Shown here: positions 23,724 to 35,552 of the stretch, piece by piece
Layout of the letters: every line of letters begins with the position of its first letter
Numbering within the stretch: position 1 is the first letter of the stretch
Assembly: GCF_932526225.1 (NCBI RefSeq)
Contig: NC_064047.1
Span: 1,689,027-1,753,026 of the forward strand
Reading direction: 5' to 3'
Length of the DNA: 64,000 nt
Origin: Nematostella vectensis
Lineage: Eukaryota
The notes under the pieces: model-generated
Told to the model about the DNA's origin: nothing
The model's database searches: none
What the model saw: the letters and a program-made list of their open reading frames with translations, nothing else
Translations under genes and position numbers: made by a program

Positions 23724-24436
23724 CTGGAAAAAAGACATCAATCAATGGCTGTCGTTTTTCTAAATGGTCTAAAAGAGCCTGGGGCGAGCGCGCGGGAGAC
23801 CTGTGATATTCTAAAACGTTAGGGACTCGGCTCCATTTCCAAGATAGCTGTCAGCTTCCAGCAAAATCGTAGTAAACACCAATTCCTGCAGGTTTACGTG
23901 AAAATTCTCGACTTACAAAGCTCTAGAGCGATAAAAAAGCGAAAGAATGATTGAAGTGGACTCCCAAATATGGTATGTAATGCCTAATAAGGAAATGGCC
24001 GAGCGAGCTAGAATAAACGACCGTTTTTAAAACAAGATTGACTGATATGAATGTTAATCGCATTTAGGGGGAGGTGAAGGCAGGGCCCACACATGAAATA
24101 TCCCACGTTCAATGCCTACAAACAAGTCAAGGACATCTTCTAGAATTACAGTGAACTCATTAGAATTCGAACAGAGCCTTGATGCTTTTGTTTCGTGAGC
24201 ATTGGAACGTTTATAGAACTAGGGCCGGGTTCCTAGAAGACAAGTTAACGCTTTTGTTATCGAAAAGGCAGAGGTGCCTTGGGGCAGAGAGTACACGACG
24301 ATTAAAGCTGCGAGTTCAGCCTGTGCTTCTTTGTCCTCTTTCCAAGAGCCCACCGCAAGGAGCGTACAACAGCATCATTGTGTTGAGTGCCTATTGCCCT
24401 CTCCTTATCCCTTATCCATTGCGAATGACGTCATAC

Positions 24437-24806
24437 CTGCAACAGGCGGCCCAAAGCTCATGGGGATGGCTATAAATCCAAACATGTTACCGACTCCCTG
24501 TGATAGCTTCTCGTGTCCAACGATATCCGCTGTTATCACCGCCACCTGCCCTACGAAACAGCCGTCAAAGAACCCGAACGTTACGGCGTAAGCTATGAGC
24601 CCACCGTAATTACTGGCCAGTGGACACAGGATGGTGCTGACTCCAATAGCGAAGACGGAGAGCTGGTAGACGGTGATGCGGTTGACGCGCTGAAAGTCGC
24701 ATAGCCTCCCGAACACAACTCGGCCAATGGTCGACATGATGGAAAGGAATCCTATTAACCAGGCGCCTTTGGACTTGGAGATGCCAAGTTCTTCAGCGTA
24801 TTTGAT
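24437..24806 (-). CDS. SLC16/MCT transporter exon 3 (TM7-TM10)
   Basis: Minus-strand acceptor tttcgtag|atc, donor gcag|gtatga. IKYAEELGISKSKGAWLIGFLSI...GPPVAG aligns to MCT1 VKYAKSKG...LLGPPLLG. ORF track 24405..24737. Confidence 0.85.
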
Positions 24807-24839
24807 CTACGAAATAAAATGGAAAACAACAGAGGGCTG

Positions 24840-25570
24840 GAACCAGGTACGTACCTAGGATCTGCTGGGGGGGATGTCATTGGGGTATCATATGGATCTG
24901 CTGGGGGGGATGTCATTGGGGTATCATATGGATCTGCTGGGGGGGATGTCATTGGGGGGATGTCATTGGGGGGATGTCATTGGGGGGATGTCATTGGGGG
25001 GGATGTCATTGGGGGGATGTCATTGGGGGGGATGTCATTGGGGGGATGTCATTGGGGGGATGTCATTGGGGTATCATATGGATCTGCTGGGGGGGGATGT
25101 CATTGGGGGGGATGTCATTGGGGGGGATGTCATTGGGGGGGATGTCATTGGGGGATGTCATTGGGGGGATGTCATTGGGGGGATGTCATTGGGGGGGATG
25201 TCATTGGGGGGGATGTCATTGGGGGGGATGTCATTGGGGGGGATGTCATTGGGGGGATGTCATTGGGGCACATATGGATCTGCTGGGGGGGGATGTCATT
25301 GGGGGGGATGTCATTGGGGGGGATGTCATTGGGGGGGATGTCATTGGGGGGGATGTCATTGGGGGGATGTCATTGGGGGGATGTCATTGGGGGGGATGTC
25401 ATTGGGGGGGCTGTCATTGGGGGGGATGTCATTGGGGGGGATGTCATTGGGGGGGATGTCATTGGGGTATCATATGGATCTGCTAGGGGGGATGTCATTG
25501 GGGGGGATGTCATTGGGGGGATGTCATTGGGGGGGATGTCATTGGAGGGATGTCATTGGGGGATTGTCAT
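24840..25570. repeat. G-rich minisatellite (GGGGGGATGTCATTGG)n of about 15-17 bp, with longer variants (ggtatcatatggatctgctggggg), in SLC16 intron 3
   Basis: Dozens of contiguous copies. ORF-track proteins with GGDVIGG / GGMSLGG repeats are translations of this array. Confidence 0.9.
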
Positions 25571-26179
25571 ATGGATCTGAAAGCGATGCCTCATGCTACA
25601 GCATTTTTGAAGGTGATCAGTTTGAACCAGAAGAGTGCAACCAAAAAAAAAAATAGCTCGATTTGTTTTGGAAGCAACAAAAATAAGGGAAAGTGCGTTG
25701 TAATTATTAGACTAAAAATGACATCGCTACAAAATTAGATGATAAAGAACATATTAGGAATAGGAATATAAACTGAATACTTGCTGCCTTTCAATATGAA
25801 TGTATATTCATGAAGCAACGCCCGTGTCTCAAAGATTAAAAGGTGCCATATAGATAATTGAATCGAATTGATATGGAAAGGATAGTATTTGGCGTACCTT
25901 CAATAAAAAAGATGACCAATTTTTGGTGGCCAGGAGGGGGGGGGGGGGGGGGGGCGGGGAGGGTGCGACCTGGGTATGCGCCTGGACAGTCAAATGGACG
26001 ATTTACTCGCAATTTGATTTTCACTTATATGGAATTGCTTAAGTTGCATTGCTCAAAAGTAAAACTAAAAAATAAGACACTTTCAATTGATCAGTGCGAG
26101 AAGAAACAAGTTCACGGTGCGGATGTCAGGCGAAACATTTCCGCCTGGAAAGGGAAAAAACAATAAACTATACACTTAC

Positions 26180-26739
26180 CAGGTGAACAAACGGAAAAAG
26201 ATAGCCGAACTGAAAGAGAGCAACGGTGATAACCCATGTGACATATGCCTTGTTCCTCCAAATGGACAAATCAACAAGCTTCCCAGCATCCTTCGAGGGC
26301 CTCGTGCTTACCCGGCGCTTATTGGGTTTGAAGAGAAACGCCGCTATCCATAAGAGCATTGCGAACCCACTCAACACACGCATGCAGTTCTGCCATCCGA
26401 TATTAGCAAGTAAATAATTCATAACAGGCCCGGTCACTAAAGATCCCACACCGGAACCGGAAGTGGCAATCCCGTTAACTAGAGCCAGTCTCTTCTGAAA
26501 GTATTCACCTAAAATCACAATCGAGGACACGAAAGAGAGACTGGACCCGACTCCAAATAGTAGGCCGTAAGTCAGGTACATTTTTGGCGGCTCCTGGACG
26601 AATGACGTCAGAAAAAGACCTAGCACCGACAATAGTGCTCCGATGAATGCAGTGGCCTGGCACGAGTACCGAGTGCAGAGGATGCTGGTCAGCGGTCCGC
26701 ACAAAAAGTTGAGTCCCATTGCCATGGCGCCTATCCAAG
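26180..26739 (-). CDS. SLC16/MCT transporter exon 2 (TM2-TM6)
   Basis: Minus-strand acceptor cattgcag|ct, donor cacctg|gtaagt. AWIGAMAMGLNFLCGPLTS...FKPNKRRV... aligns to MCT1 SWISSIMLAVMYGGGPISS...MRPIGPKP. ORF track 26168..26800. Confidence 0.85.
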
Positions 26740-26799
26740 CTGCAATGTGAGGGGAGGGGTGATAAGAAGACAGAATGGCATGGTAACTTCGCAACAACA

Positions 26800-27560
26800 A
26801 CGATAACAGGGGCGGATTTAGCTTTTTGCTAAAGGGGCGGGGGGGGGGGTGATTTTTTGGTTACATATGGCTTTCTTGTACCCCAAAGGGGGGTTTAAAC
26901 CCGCTAAACTCTCCCCCTAGATCCGCTAATGGATAACAATAATTTATTTATTTTATTTTATGTTATAATTGCATGCTAGCTCGCCCTAATTTACCTGATG
27001 TTTGGGAAATGCTTTGTTTTCATTCTAGGGTGCGCTCTACCTAGTAGGTGACATGGCGGGGTGTTCACATGAGGGGCAATGTTGGGGGGATTGGGTCACT
27101 TTCGCGACTGACAAACGCGGTTGGCTTCTAGGGAGCCTATCGAATCTACTAGTAGTGTAACATCTGGGCGGTGGGGGGGGGGGGGGGGGTTCACATGAGG
27201 GGGGATGTCCCGGATGTCATGTAAGGGGGTGTTAAGGTGAGGGAGGGTGGCCTTACCTAGCAGGGCATGTAAGGGGGTTTTAAGGTGAGGGAGGGTGACC
27301 TTACCTAGTAGGGCATGTGAAGGGTGTTCACATGAGGGAGGGTGGCAAAACCCTCGGCGTTGCCAGGAGGGTGGCCTAGGGGGGTATGAGACATTATCTA
27401 AAATACAGGAGAAAATGCTTTGAAAGTCCCTTTTGGGCCCCCTCCTGGTAAAAATCCTGGCTACGCCGCTGTACTAGGTCAACTTTTTCCCACGTGAACG
27501 CATCAAGTAGAGATAGCCCTGTGCAGGGGAGAGGGGGGGGGATTTGATGGTTTTTAATCC
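26800..27560. repeat. G-rich dispersed-repeat cluster with homopolymer G runs (motifs ctagatccgc, ggggtttaaaccc). Related copies lie at about 3340-3500, 4590-4930 and 55800-55940.
   Basis: Recurring motifs and poly-G tracts at 26838, 27170 and 27530. Confidence 0.5.
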
Positions 27561-28237
27561 ATGAAAGTATTATTTTCTTGTAAAACTCCATTGAATAAGT
27601 CCAGGATTACGCCAAACTCTCACTGTAAAACTACAACGACTTGAGCCGGCGTCATAATAAAAGCCTGGCAGGTCAACAGCCATTGACCTCGGGCTTGGCT
27701 AGTGAAAACAACACTTGCTATAAAAGATGCAACGACTCTAATAAGAGTGTAACGTATTTCCAAACATTCCCTTGTCATCTGCTTTCGCTTGTTCTTTATC
27801 TCAAGCGTCACTAAAAAGGGTTCGGACGGAGTCAGTTTATCCACAATTAAAATTATCAGGTTATTGTAGACTACAGTATGAAAAATTTGCCATTTATACT
27901 CTGAGGACTTTGAACTTTATAATCCGTATGTTTTATCAGAACAAAAACAAGTGCCGGTAATTAGAAAAACGCCTTTGTTTTCAATGCAAATAAAATCGAT
28001 CGGCATGCGCGCCAATTTTTCAGGAAGCAATTTTTATAGCACTTTTCAGATTTTAAGAAAAGCAGAAAATAATTCCTGAAACATATTTGAGTTCTTTTGT
28101 TATTGAGTTATCATTTTTCTGCAAGAAAATAGTTGAGTGAAAATCGATTAGCAAATGATTGCTTAGCGTGAAAACAACGCAACTGTTTAAGACCAAAAGA
28201 TATAAAATCCCGTATTATGAGAAGGATGACAACTCAC

Positions 28238-28472
28238 CGGTTTCTGCTTTTCCAAGCTTAAGTTCATCTAGTAAATTTACGTAGACCACTCCAAAAGAAT
28301 TGTGTATCCCGAAAACAATAAAGTTTACAATGAAAGTTCCGGCGCATACAATCCATCCCCAACCACCTTCGACTGGCAAGTTTGTTCCCTCTTCGCTGTT
28401 TGCATAATCGGCGTTTATTCCCTCTGAACCTTCCAAAGGGCTTGCATTGTTTTCTTGCGAGCCAATATTCAT
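28238..28472 (-). CDS. SLC16/MCT transporter exon 1 (ATG at 28472-28470; MNIGSQENN...VEGGWGWIVCAGTF...LGKAET)
   Basis: GGWGW motif and TM1 typical of SLC16. Donor on minus strand acc g|gtgagt, phase 1. ORF track 28215..28553 begins upstream of the ATG with a GTG alternative start. Confidence 0.75.
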
Positions 28473-29042
28473 GACTCCGGAGAATAGCAATAGTTTAGTG
28501 TCAGGCGATCGATAATAAGCACGCGTTAGACTAAACCGAACAAACTTCGCCACAACACAAATGAAACAGCTCCCTTCATATTGGCGATTTTCCAGCCTTC
28601 TTCAGCTTCAGTGATAAATCCTCCTTTCCTACTGGAAAGCGGAGGTCAATGCCACAAGAATAAGAATAGCAACAGTTCGTTTTTTGTTTTGGTTGCAAAA
28701 GTATTGCCAAATTACTCAACCTTCTTATGTCCTTGTTGACAGGTCGAAGTTAATAACAAAACATTGGTAACGCATTCATGGCGTCACGCGGGTGAGGACG
28801 CGCGTTGCTTTGAATCCGAGGATTAGGAATTTCGCTGGGACGAGAAAACGAAAAAAAAGTTGGTTTCTTTGCATCCTCTCTAGCCCGAGTATCAGGCGAT
28901 TTAATTTTTTTTTTTTTTTAAAGTCGGAGCTTCCCGGTATATACTTCATAGGGAACGATAAAAGGGGCCTGACACAGAGCTAGCAGACGGTGGTAGCTCA
29001 GATTAAGCGGGTGTGCATAAAACGCAGATTCGGGCGCTAACT

Positions 29043-31013
29043 GTTTTTTTTTCTTTTAAGTGTTGGATACTACACCTTTTGCTGTTCATTAACGGGAAAG
29101 GGACATTCATTTTTGCCAAAAGTTACATCGATAGCGTGTATAGTTCACCAACATCGCACGAAACATCATTTAGCGTGACTCGACTTTCAATAACAATAAT
29201 TGAATATTCGTGAACATTCATTAGCACCAAACAACGCACTTGGACATTCAATTCGATTGGAACGAACATTATTTTGTACACAATGAAAATTCAATTGCAC
29301 GTTTCGACAATCAGTAGCGTTTAATGACAATCAGTTATACGAAATAGATAATTCATTAGTACTATTAACATAAACAAGGACAATCAACAAGCCATTTCAG
29401 ACAATCATGTTCATCAAGGTGACATTCATGAATGTGGTTTGACAATCATTTGTTCGATTCAAACAAACATTATAAGAAAAGAAAATATCATTAGTTTCAT
29501 TTCGATTTTCGATTTAAGTGACATTTATACCTGAAATTGATCTCTATTAACACAGCGAGGTATATAGGTTTTCATAAAACGAAACCATTGCCCACATTTC
29601 GCTCCCGTGACTGTTCTATATAAAGTTCCTATGTTGTAGCCTCCGATGTTGAGGAATGGGCTGTAGGGCGGTTACTTTTTAGCTCATTATTTGCGCCGGT
29701 ATCTAGTGGGTTATGGTGCGCTGGTGCACCGTCGTAAATAAAAATGACGTTTTCGTTGGGGTAAAGATTCAGTCGTGTTTGTGAAGTCGTTGAATCTTTG
29801 TGCATCCATTCCCCCGATGATAGAAAAGTGGAAGATAAGACCGTTAGTGGGCGAAATAGCCAAAGTGACTGTGATTTTTCTTCCAATTAGACCACATACT
29901 TGGCGGTACTCTCTCTCTCCCCTCTTCTAGCTCTTCCATGTGTTCGAGGGGTTTCTTGGCGGCATTTCTCATACAAACGTTTTCTGTTTTTCTATAGCGA
30001 ACAAGTGAGTATATATTTTTTAGCTTTTATAAGCCCCCCACAAAAAGTGCTGTTTATGTTTTTCTTGTTTTTTGTTAAAAATTATTTATAGTTCTATATT
30101 TCTCTTAATTTTAGGAGCCCACTGTTTAAAGAAAAGTGAAAAATAGTAACTCTAATGAAATTTTATTTTTCCTTGTTGTTTGGTTTAAATCGGATAAATG
30201 TTTGTCAAACCACATTGATGAGTGTCACATTGATGAGTGTCACATTGATGAGTGTCACATTGATGAGTGTCACATTGATGAGTGTCATTGATGAGTGTCA
30301 CATTGATGAGTGTCACATTGATGAGTGTCACATTGATGAGTGTCACATTGATGAGTGTCACATTGATGAGTGTCACATTGATGAGTGTCACATTGATGAG
30401 TGTCACATTGATGAGTGTCACATTGATGAGTGTCACATTGATGAGTGTCACATTGATGAGTGTCACATTGATGAGTGTCACATTGATGAGTGTCACATTG
30501 ATGAGTGTCACATTGATGAGTGTCACATTGATGAGTGTCACATTGATGAGTGTCACATTGATGAGTGTCACATTGATGAGTGTCATTGATGAGTGTCACA
30601 TTGATGAGTGTCACATTGATGAGTGTCACATTGATGAGTGTCACATTGATAAACATGATTGTCTTAAAGGCTTATTTATTGTCTTTGTTTATGTTAATAG
30701 CACTAATGAATTTCTATTTTTTATAACTGATTGTCAATAAACGCTACTGATTGTCCAAACGTGCAATTGATTTTTCGAATGCATGCAAAAGAATGTTCAT
30801 TCCATCCTGAATGAATGCCCAATTGCGTTATTGAATGTCCGTTGATGCTATTGAATGTTCGCGCGTATTCAATCATTGTTATTGAAAGTCGAGTCACGCT
30901 AAGGATGTCTCGTGCGATGTTGATGAACGTACAATGCACGTTACCGATACAACATTTGACACAAATGAATGTCCCTTTCCCGTTATTGAACAGCAAAAGG
31001 TGTATTTTTATTT
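29043..31013. mobile_element. Foldback-type element: about 320-bp terminal inverted repeats (29043-29360 against 30690-31013) around a 1.3-kb core containing a 15-bp minisatellite
   Basis: For example ttagcgtgactcgactttcaataacaat (about 29170) against attgttattgaaagtcgagtcacgctaa (about 30880), and tacaccttttgctgttcattaacgggaaagggacattcat (29068) against its complement at about 30960-31000. Confidence 0.7.
30208..30650. repeat. 15-bp minisatellite (cacattgatgagtgt)n, about 30 copies, inside the foldback element
   Basis: Perfect tandem copies. The ORF-track HIDECH/TLMSV repeat proteins are artefacts of it. Confidence 0.95.
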
Positions 31014-31910
31014 ATGTATTTCGACGGATACGGAGCTTTGGAAATTACAATATGGCCACCCATATTGTATTGTCTTTCAGACTTGTAGACAGAGGCTAGT
31101 TTTCTTAATAATAAAAATAATAAATATAAAAAAATTGCCACTCCCGATAGAACGAACAGATTTCTTTCATCTGTTCATGCCATTGCAATATCTTTACGGG
31201 ACTTGAAGATTCATGACATACCAGAGTGATCTAGAATGCCTTTTTATCTTATCCGCTTATGCTTTATAGTTTCTACAAATAGCACGTCTGTTGCAAACGT
31301 GGATTTTCCGCCGTTGTTGGGGGGTCCTACAGCGGGTACCAGAGGCTCCAGGCTTCACTTCAAAGAGCCACGAAGCTTAGTCGTTGTCGCCGATTCGCGG
31401 CTATTTGAAGTGAAGTTGGAGCCTCTGGTATCCAGGGTACAAGGGAGGACGTTGGGTTTTGCGGTATTGGCCCTTTTTTTGTACGAGATTGCGGTAAACG
31501 AGCAAAAAAAACATGCGGTATTTCAAAACGCCGCGAGATGCGAGATGTTGCTTTTTAAACGGCGGTATTGAGATAAAAAATTAAAATATTGCGGTGTTGG
31601 GGTGTTAATTAGTCCTCCTTGGTACGGGATGATCTGGTGGATGTGTCGCACATTGTCTCCAAAACCTCGTCTTTCTGTACGGTATGCGATATTTCAGTTT
31701 TTTTCTGCGGTATTGCGGTAATTAGACCCCAACGTCCTTCCCGTACGACATTCCCAATTCTGTTCACCAAATGCTTCAACTACAACGAAAATATTTCCAT
31801 ATATATTTTCTTTAACAGTTGAGTTTCATTGACAGGGTGGAAGTAAAAACACAAGACACTGCAAACCGTTCTTGATTCGATTCACTTCGTAGTTTAACTC
31901 AGCCTTTTAG

Positions 31911-31962
31911 CTACGAGAACTTTGCTTTGGAAAAGTCCATTTCGGGATGTTGTTCCATAAAT
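31911..31962 (-). CDS. NUDC: NudC terminal exon 12 (FMEQHPEMDFSKAKFS*), stop TAG at 31913-31911
   Basis: Minus-strand ttttttag|a ttt atg ... Matches FMDQHPEMDFSKAKFN*. Confidence 0.85.
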
Positions 31963-32225
31963 CTAAAAAAAAAAAGGTTTATTAGTCCTAGCGTAATCAA
32001 TTATGTCCTCATGTAATCAACAGAAAACAACCTAGTTAGTAGGTATTTACTAAGCATTAGCAAAAATTAGTTCTGTTCCTACGAGTAACGTGTACGGCTT
32101 TTTAAACGTAGATAGGTGGAAAGACCCATGAAGGAAATATTGAAAATGGATTGTCAAATGGCCAGGTAGGTAGACAGTCAAGTTAGTGGACGAAATCATT
32201 CATCATTTCTTTTTCACTTTCTTAC

Positions 32226-32275
32226 TTTTTAAGAACGTCCTGTTTCTTCTGTTCGTCAGATGTGGGTAGACCCAT
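32226..32275 (-). CDS. NUDC: NudC exon 11 (MGLPTSDEQKKQDVLKK, ends phase 2)
   Basis: Minus-strand tttttttcag|atg ... ttaaaaa|gtaaga. Matches MGLPTSDEQKKQEILKK. Confidence 0.8.
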
Positions 32276-32434
32276 CTGAAAAAAAAAATTGAAAGGTTAA
32301 AAAATGTTTAATGTGTTACTGCTTACATTTAAAAATTGTCTTTTGGCAAAACCGATTGGGATCAGGTTCACAGCTATTTAAAAGTTTCATTATACTATAT
32401 AATGGTATGTACAACAATATGAGAAGCCAGGCAC

Positions 32435-32503
32435 CTGTTTCTGTCGCTGATCGAACATCATCTTTTCCACCATGCCTCTTGTTTCACCGTCCAGATCAGA
32501 CAA
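32435..32503 (-). CDS. NUDC: NudC exon 10 ([23 protein letters not shown])
   Basis: Minus-strand ttctttag|ttg ... aaacag|gtgcct. Matches LSDLDSETRSMVEKMMYDQRQKS. Confidence 0.85.
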
Positions 32504-32676
32504 CTAAAGAACAAAATTAGAGTTATGGCCAGGAAGACCAACAATACAAGCAATATGTTAAAGGAAGCATGCACAATAGAACAAAGCCAATGTGACACTC
32601 TAATCTACCAGAACATCCCAAAGCACAAAGCAACAACCCACAACACTTAATAACTCTGTATGTATCTGGATAATAC

Positions 32677-32760
32677 CTTTGAATTTTCAGGCTGTACTTT
32701 CTTTGTGTTTATTTCTGGATCGGATGTCACTAGTTGAGACCACCATTCCATCTTGTTCAC
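32677..32760 (-). CDS. NUDC: NudC exon 9 ([28 protein letters not shown])
   Basis: Minus-strand atctgaag|gtg ... tcaaag|gtatta. ORF track 32647..32850. Near-identical to [28 protein letters not shown]. Confidence 0.9.
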
Positions 32761-33171
32761 CTTCAGATAAAAACAATTCCAGAAAATGGACTTATTTATA
32801 CTTTTTTTATTCAAGGAAAACCTTGCTAATCCCCACAAAAACAGTATCAACTTTCGATATTGGTATTTTTGTTTTTCTATTTTCTGTGCAGTTTCTGTGG
32901 CCCCTTAATGCTCCCTTCCGCCCCCCCTTCCCCGCCCCCCATGGACACCAATCGATCTTGTTTCCTAAAAAAGTCTGCTTGCGAAATACAATAGTTGACA
33001 GTTCCCATTTAATAATTAATACAATTTTAATTTAAAAAAATAACTTATTTGAGTGTTGGTGTTTCTTTGGAAAATGTTTCAATGTTTCACGGGCATCTTT
33101 GAATCTCCTCATTTTATTCTACATTTCAATGTCATCTCAAAAATAAAAGAAAAACAAAATACATTCCATAC

Positions 33172-33234
33172 TTTTTCAAGGTTCAAGACAAGATTTTTTC
33201 CATCGATGAGCCAAGTGCACTCCTCCAATTTGAC
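33172..33234 (-). CDS. NUDC: NudC exon 8 (VKLEECTWLIDGKNLVLNLEK)
   Basis: Minus-strand gtcaccag|gtc ... gaaaaa|gtatgg. ORF track 33109..33306. Matches [22 protein letters not shown]. Confidence 0.85.
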
Positions 33235-33359
33235 CTGGTGACATAAAATAGTATCAATATTTAAATGCCCGTAAAAATACAAAAATCCGCTCTCGAACAA
33301 GGTCAAGCTTTTATTACATTCATAACTTTATCTCATTAAAAAATTTGAGAGATGTTTAC

Positions 33360-33419
33360 CTTTTTGGGAAAATCCCCATCAATAATAGGTGGGTGACCTT
33401 TAAGACCTGCCTTTAAATG
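33360..33419 (-). CDS. NUDC: NudC exon 7 (HLKAGLKGHPPIIDGDFPKK)
   Basis: Minus-strand ttattag|cat ... aaaaag|gtaaac. Matches HLRVGLKGQPAIIDGELYNEVK. Confidence 0.8.
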
Positions 33420-33671
33420 CTAATAAAAGAAAAAGCAAATAGAAATAAACAAAGAACAAGTTCAATTGAGCACATTCAGCAACACATTGAGCAACACATC
33501 ATTAGCCATAATGTATTTGGGTACATGTTACTTTATCCAACCACAGTTAAGGATACATTTCTCTGAATCATACTTATGGTCAAACATTGGTTGGGCAAGG
33601 CTTTATTCTTCTTCTTCTTGTTTGAATGTAACATTTTGACTTTACAAACAGTCTAAATGGTAGCAATTTAC

Positions 33672-33740
33672 CTTTTGCTGAATATCCACAACAACATCTT
33701 TCCCTTTTGGCTTAAAGCTGACATCTAATGGGATTCGTAA
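33672..33740 (-). CDS. NUDC: NudC exon 6 (CS domain start LRIPLDVSFKPKGKDVVVDIQQK)
   Basis: Minus-strand ccttttag|tta ... aaaag|gtaaat. Matches LAVPFCVNFRLKGKDMVVDIQRR. Confidence 0.85.
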
Positions 33741-33833
33741 CTAAAAGGCAATAAAATTCTGATTAAATCACCCAAACCCAAAACAGGTGGTTAGACCAAA
33801 CAAAAGATCAATTTCAAAATGACTAACAACTTA

Positions 33834-33851
33834 CTTCAATTTCTTCTAATG
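33834..33851 (-). CDS. NUDC: NudC exon 5 (18-nt micro-exon TLEEIE)
   Basis: Minus-strand cttttcag|ACATTAGAAGAAATTGAA|gtaagt. Corresponds to human TLSELD. Confidence 0.75.
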
Positions 33852-34300
33852 TCTGAAAAGTAAAACAAAAGAACATTAGTTCAAGGAATCTATTGACATA
33901 TGTATAGCTATCTGTACCAGCAGTGGTGGAGCTGACCAACAAGTGGGGGGCCCACTTCATCACAAAATTTTGATCTGAAAATCATAAAAGATTATTGAAT
34001 GCAGGATGCCTTTGGACCTAATAATTTTTTTTATTCGATTTATGACCCAAGAATGAAGCTTGTCTGTCCATAACATTGTGCCTGATAAACCTTTTTTTAA
34101 ATTGTCCTAATATAACTGTACCATTCTGTGAAAGGGCAAGCCAAAACTTCTAGAAGACGTTAGAGGCTAGGGCCTGAGGATATGCCCCAGAGTAGGAATG
34201 GGTTATGTGTTATGCCCCAGAGAAGGAATGCCATACAGAAATGGTGAATTTCAAAATATATTGGATGAAGTGATAAGAGTCTAACGTACAGTGTACATAC

Positions 34301-34414
34301 CTGCGTCCATTTGTAGTTTGGCAGATCTGCTCCGTTTCCAGCATTTGGTTTTATTTTCCCTTTAGCATCCTCATCCTCCTCCTCCTCCTCATCTTCCTCT
34401 TTTTTTGGTTCATC
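34301..34414 (-). CDS. NUDC: NudC exon 4 ([38 protein letters not shown])
   Basis: Minus-strand acceptor ttctgccag|gat, donor acgcag|gtatgt. Matches [31 protein letters not shown]. Confidence 0.9.
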
Positions 34415-35171
34415 CTGGCAGAAATATCAGATTAGGTATTATTCTGGTTAAAAACAAAACCAATAGGACTGCAGCAACAAAAACATCTTAACTGGACAGC
34501 AGCAACAGAACAGTGCTGAACAATGTAAAGACTAGTTCCAGTACCATGCAATTAAACAAACCGTTTTGTTTTAAAAATTTTTACCGGCAAACTGTCACAT
34601 TTTGGCAAATGCTAAGAAAACTAGTGCAAAGCTAAGGCTATAATTTTCTATGTGACTCCCTCATTATCAAACAAATCTGTCAACTTTTGCACAGTATGGT
34701 TTTAATGCTGTAAAATTAGTCAAAACAGCCGGTAAAGTCAGCCTTTCGTACCTTTACTCGAAGGATTCAACACTACGATTTTGTGTTTGTTTTCACCATA
34801 GTATGCACATGTGGATACGTTATTCAGCACTGTTGACTGCAGTTACCTTATAGTATTTGTGAAATGCTTACATTAAAACAAAGCGAAAAAAGTAGCTGAT
34901 AGCAAATTTCTTTAACTTATTTTATGGAAGACATCTATAACAAATTAAAAGCAAAAATTTTCAAAAGTTATTTACTAAAAACGAATGTTTTCTTCGTTCT
35001 CCTTAAGAATTTCAAGTTATTAACGAAAATAGAAAACGAATTAAAGAATAGATAAAAAACACCTTTTACCATTCCATTGCCAACTATGCTTCTCTTCTTG
35101 TGCAAATCATAACTTAATGCTAATGCATCTTAGACCCTGATACCCTTTACATAGCAACCAAAAATAGACAC

Positions 35172-35348
35172 CTTGCTACTATCAACATTTGTGTCAGCGA
35201 GTGTTTTTCGCCTCTTTTCTTCTTCCTCTATTCTTTTGGCTTCCTCATCTGTAACTTCTTGTATAGAGGCTTTACTCTTGTTTGTAGATTCTTTCTGAGC
35301 CTTTGCAGCCTTTAAAGCTTCTCCTTCTTTCTGTTCTTGTTCCTTTTT
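35172..35348 (-). CDS. NUDC: NudC exon 3 (charged coiled-coil region KKEQEQKEGEALKAAK...TDEEAKRIEEEEKRRK...)
   Basis: Minus-strand acceptor caatacag|aaa, donor agcaag|gtgtct. ORF track 35130..35411. Confidence 0.85.
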
Positions 35349-35446
35349 CTGTATTGTCACAAAAAGAACCAGAAATTTTGAAAAAATGAGAATGGGAGGA
35401 ATGTATTTCAAAAGGAAACTTGCATGGATACACTAAAAATGTGAGA

Positions 35447-35552
35447 ATATAACAGAAAATATAACAGAAAACAGAAAATATAACAGAAAACAGAAAATAT
35501 AACAGAAAACAGAAAATATAACAGAAAACAGAAAATATAACAGAAAATCTAA
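35447..35552. repeat. 19-bp minisatellite (aaaacagaaaatataacag)n, about 6 copies, in NudC intron 2
   Basis: Direct tandem copies. Confidence 0.85.

Noticed and set aside
24819-25656. Long ORF-track ORFs (170-260 aa) made of GGDVIGG / GGMSLGG / GGCHWG repeats
   Set aside because: They are translations of the (GGGGGGATGTCATTGG)n intronic minisatellite in three frames. They are not coding.
30155-30740. ORFs with HIDECH / TLMSV / DTHQC repeats on both strands
   Set aside because: They are translations of the 15-bp minisatellite inside the foldback element.
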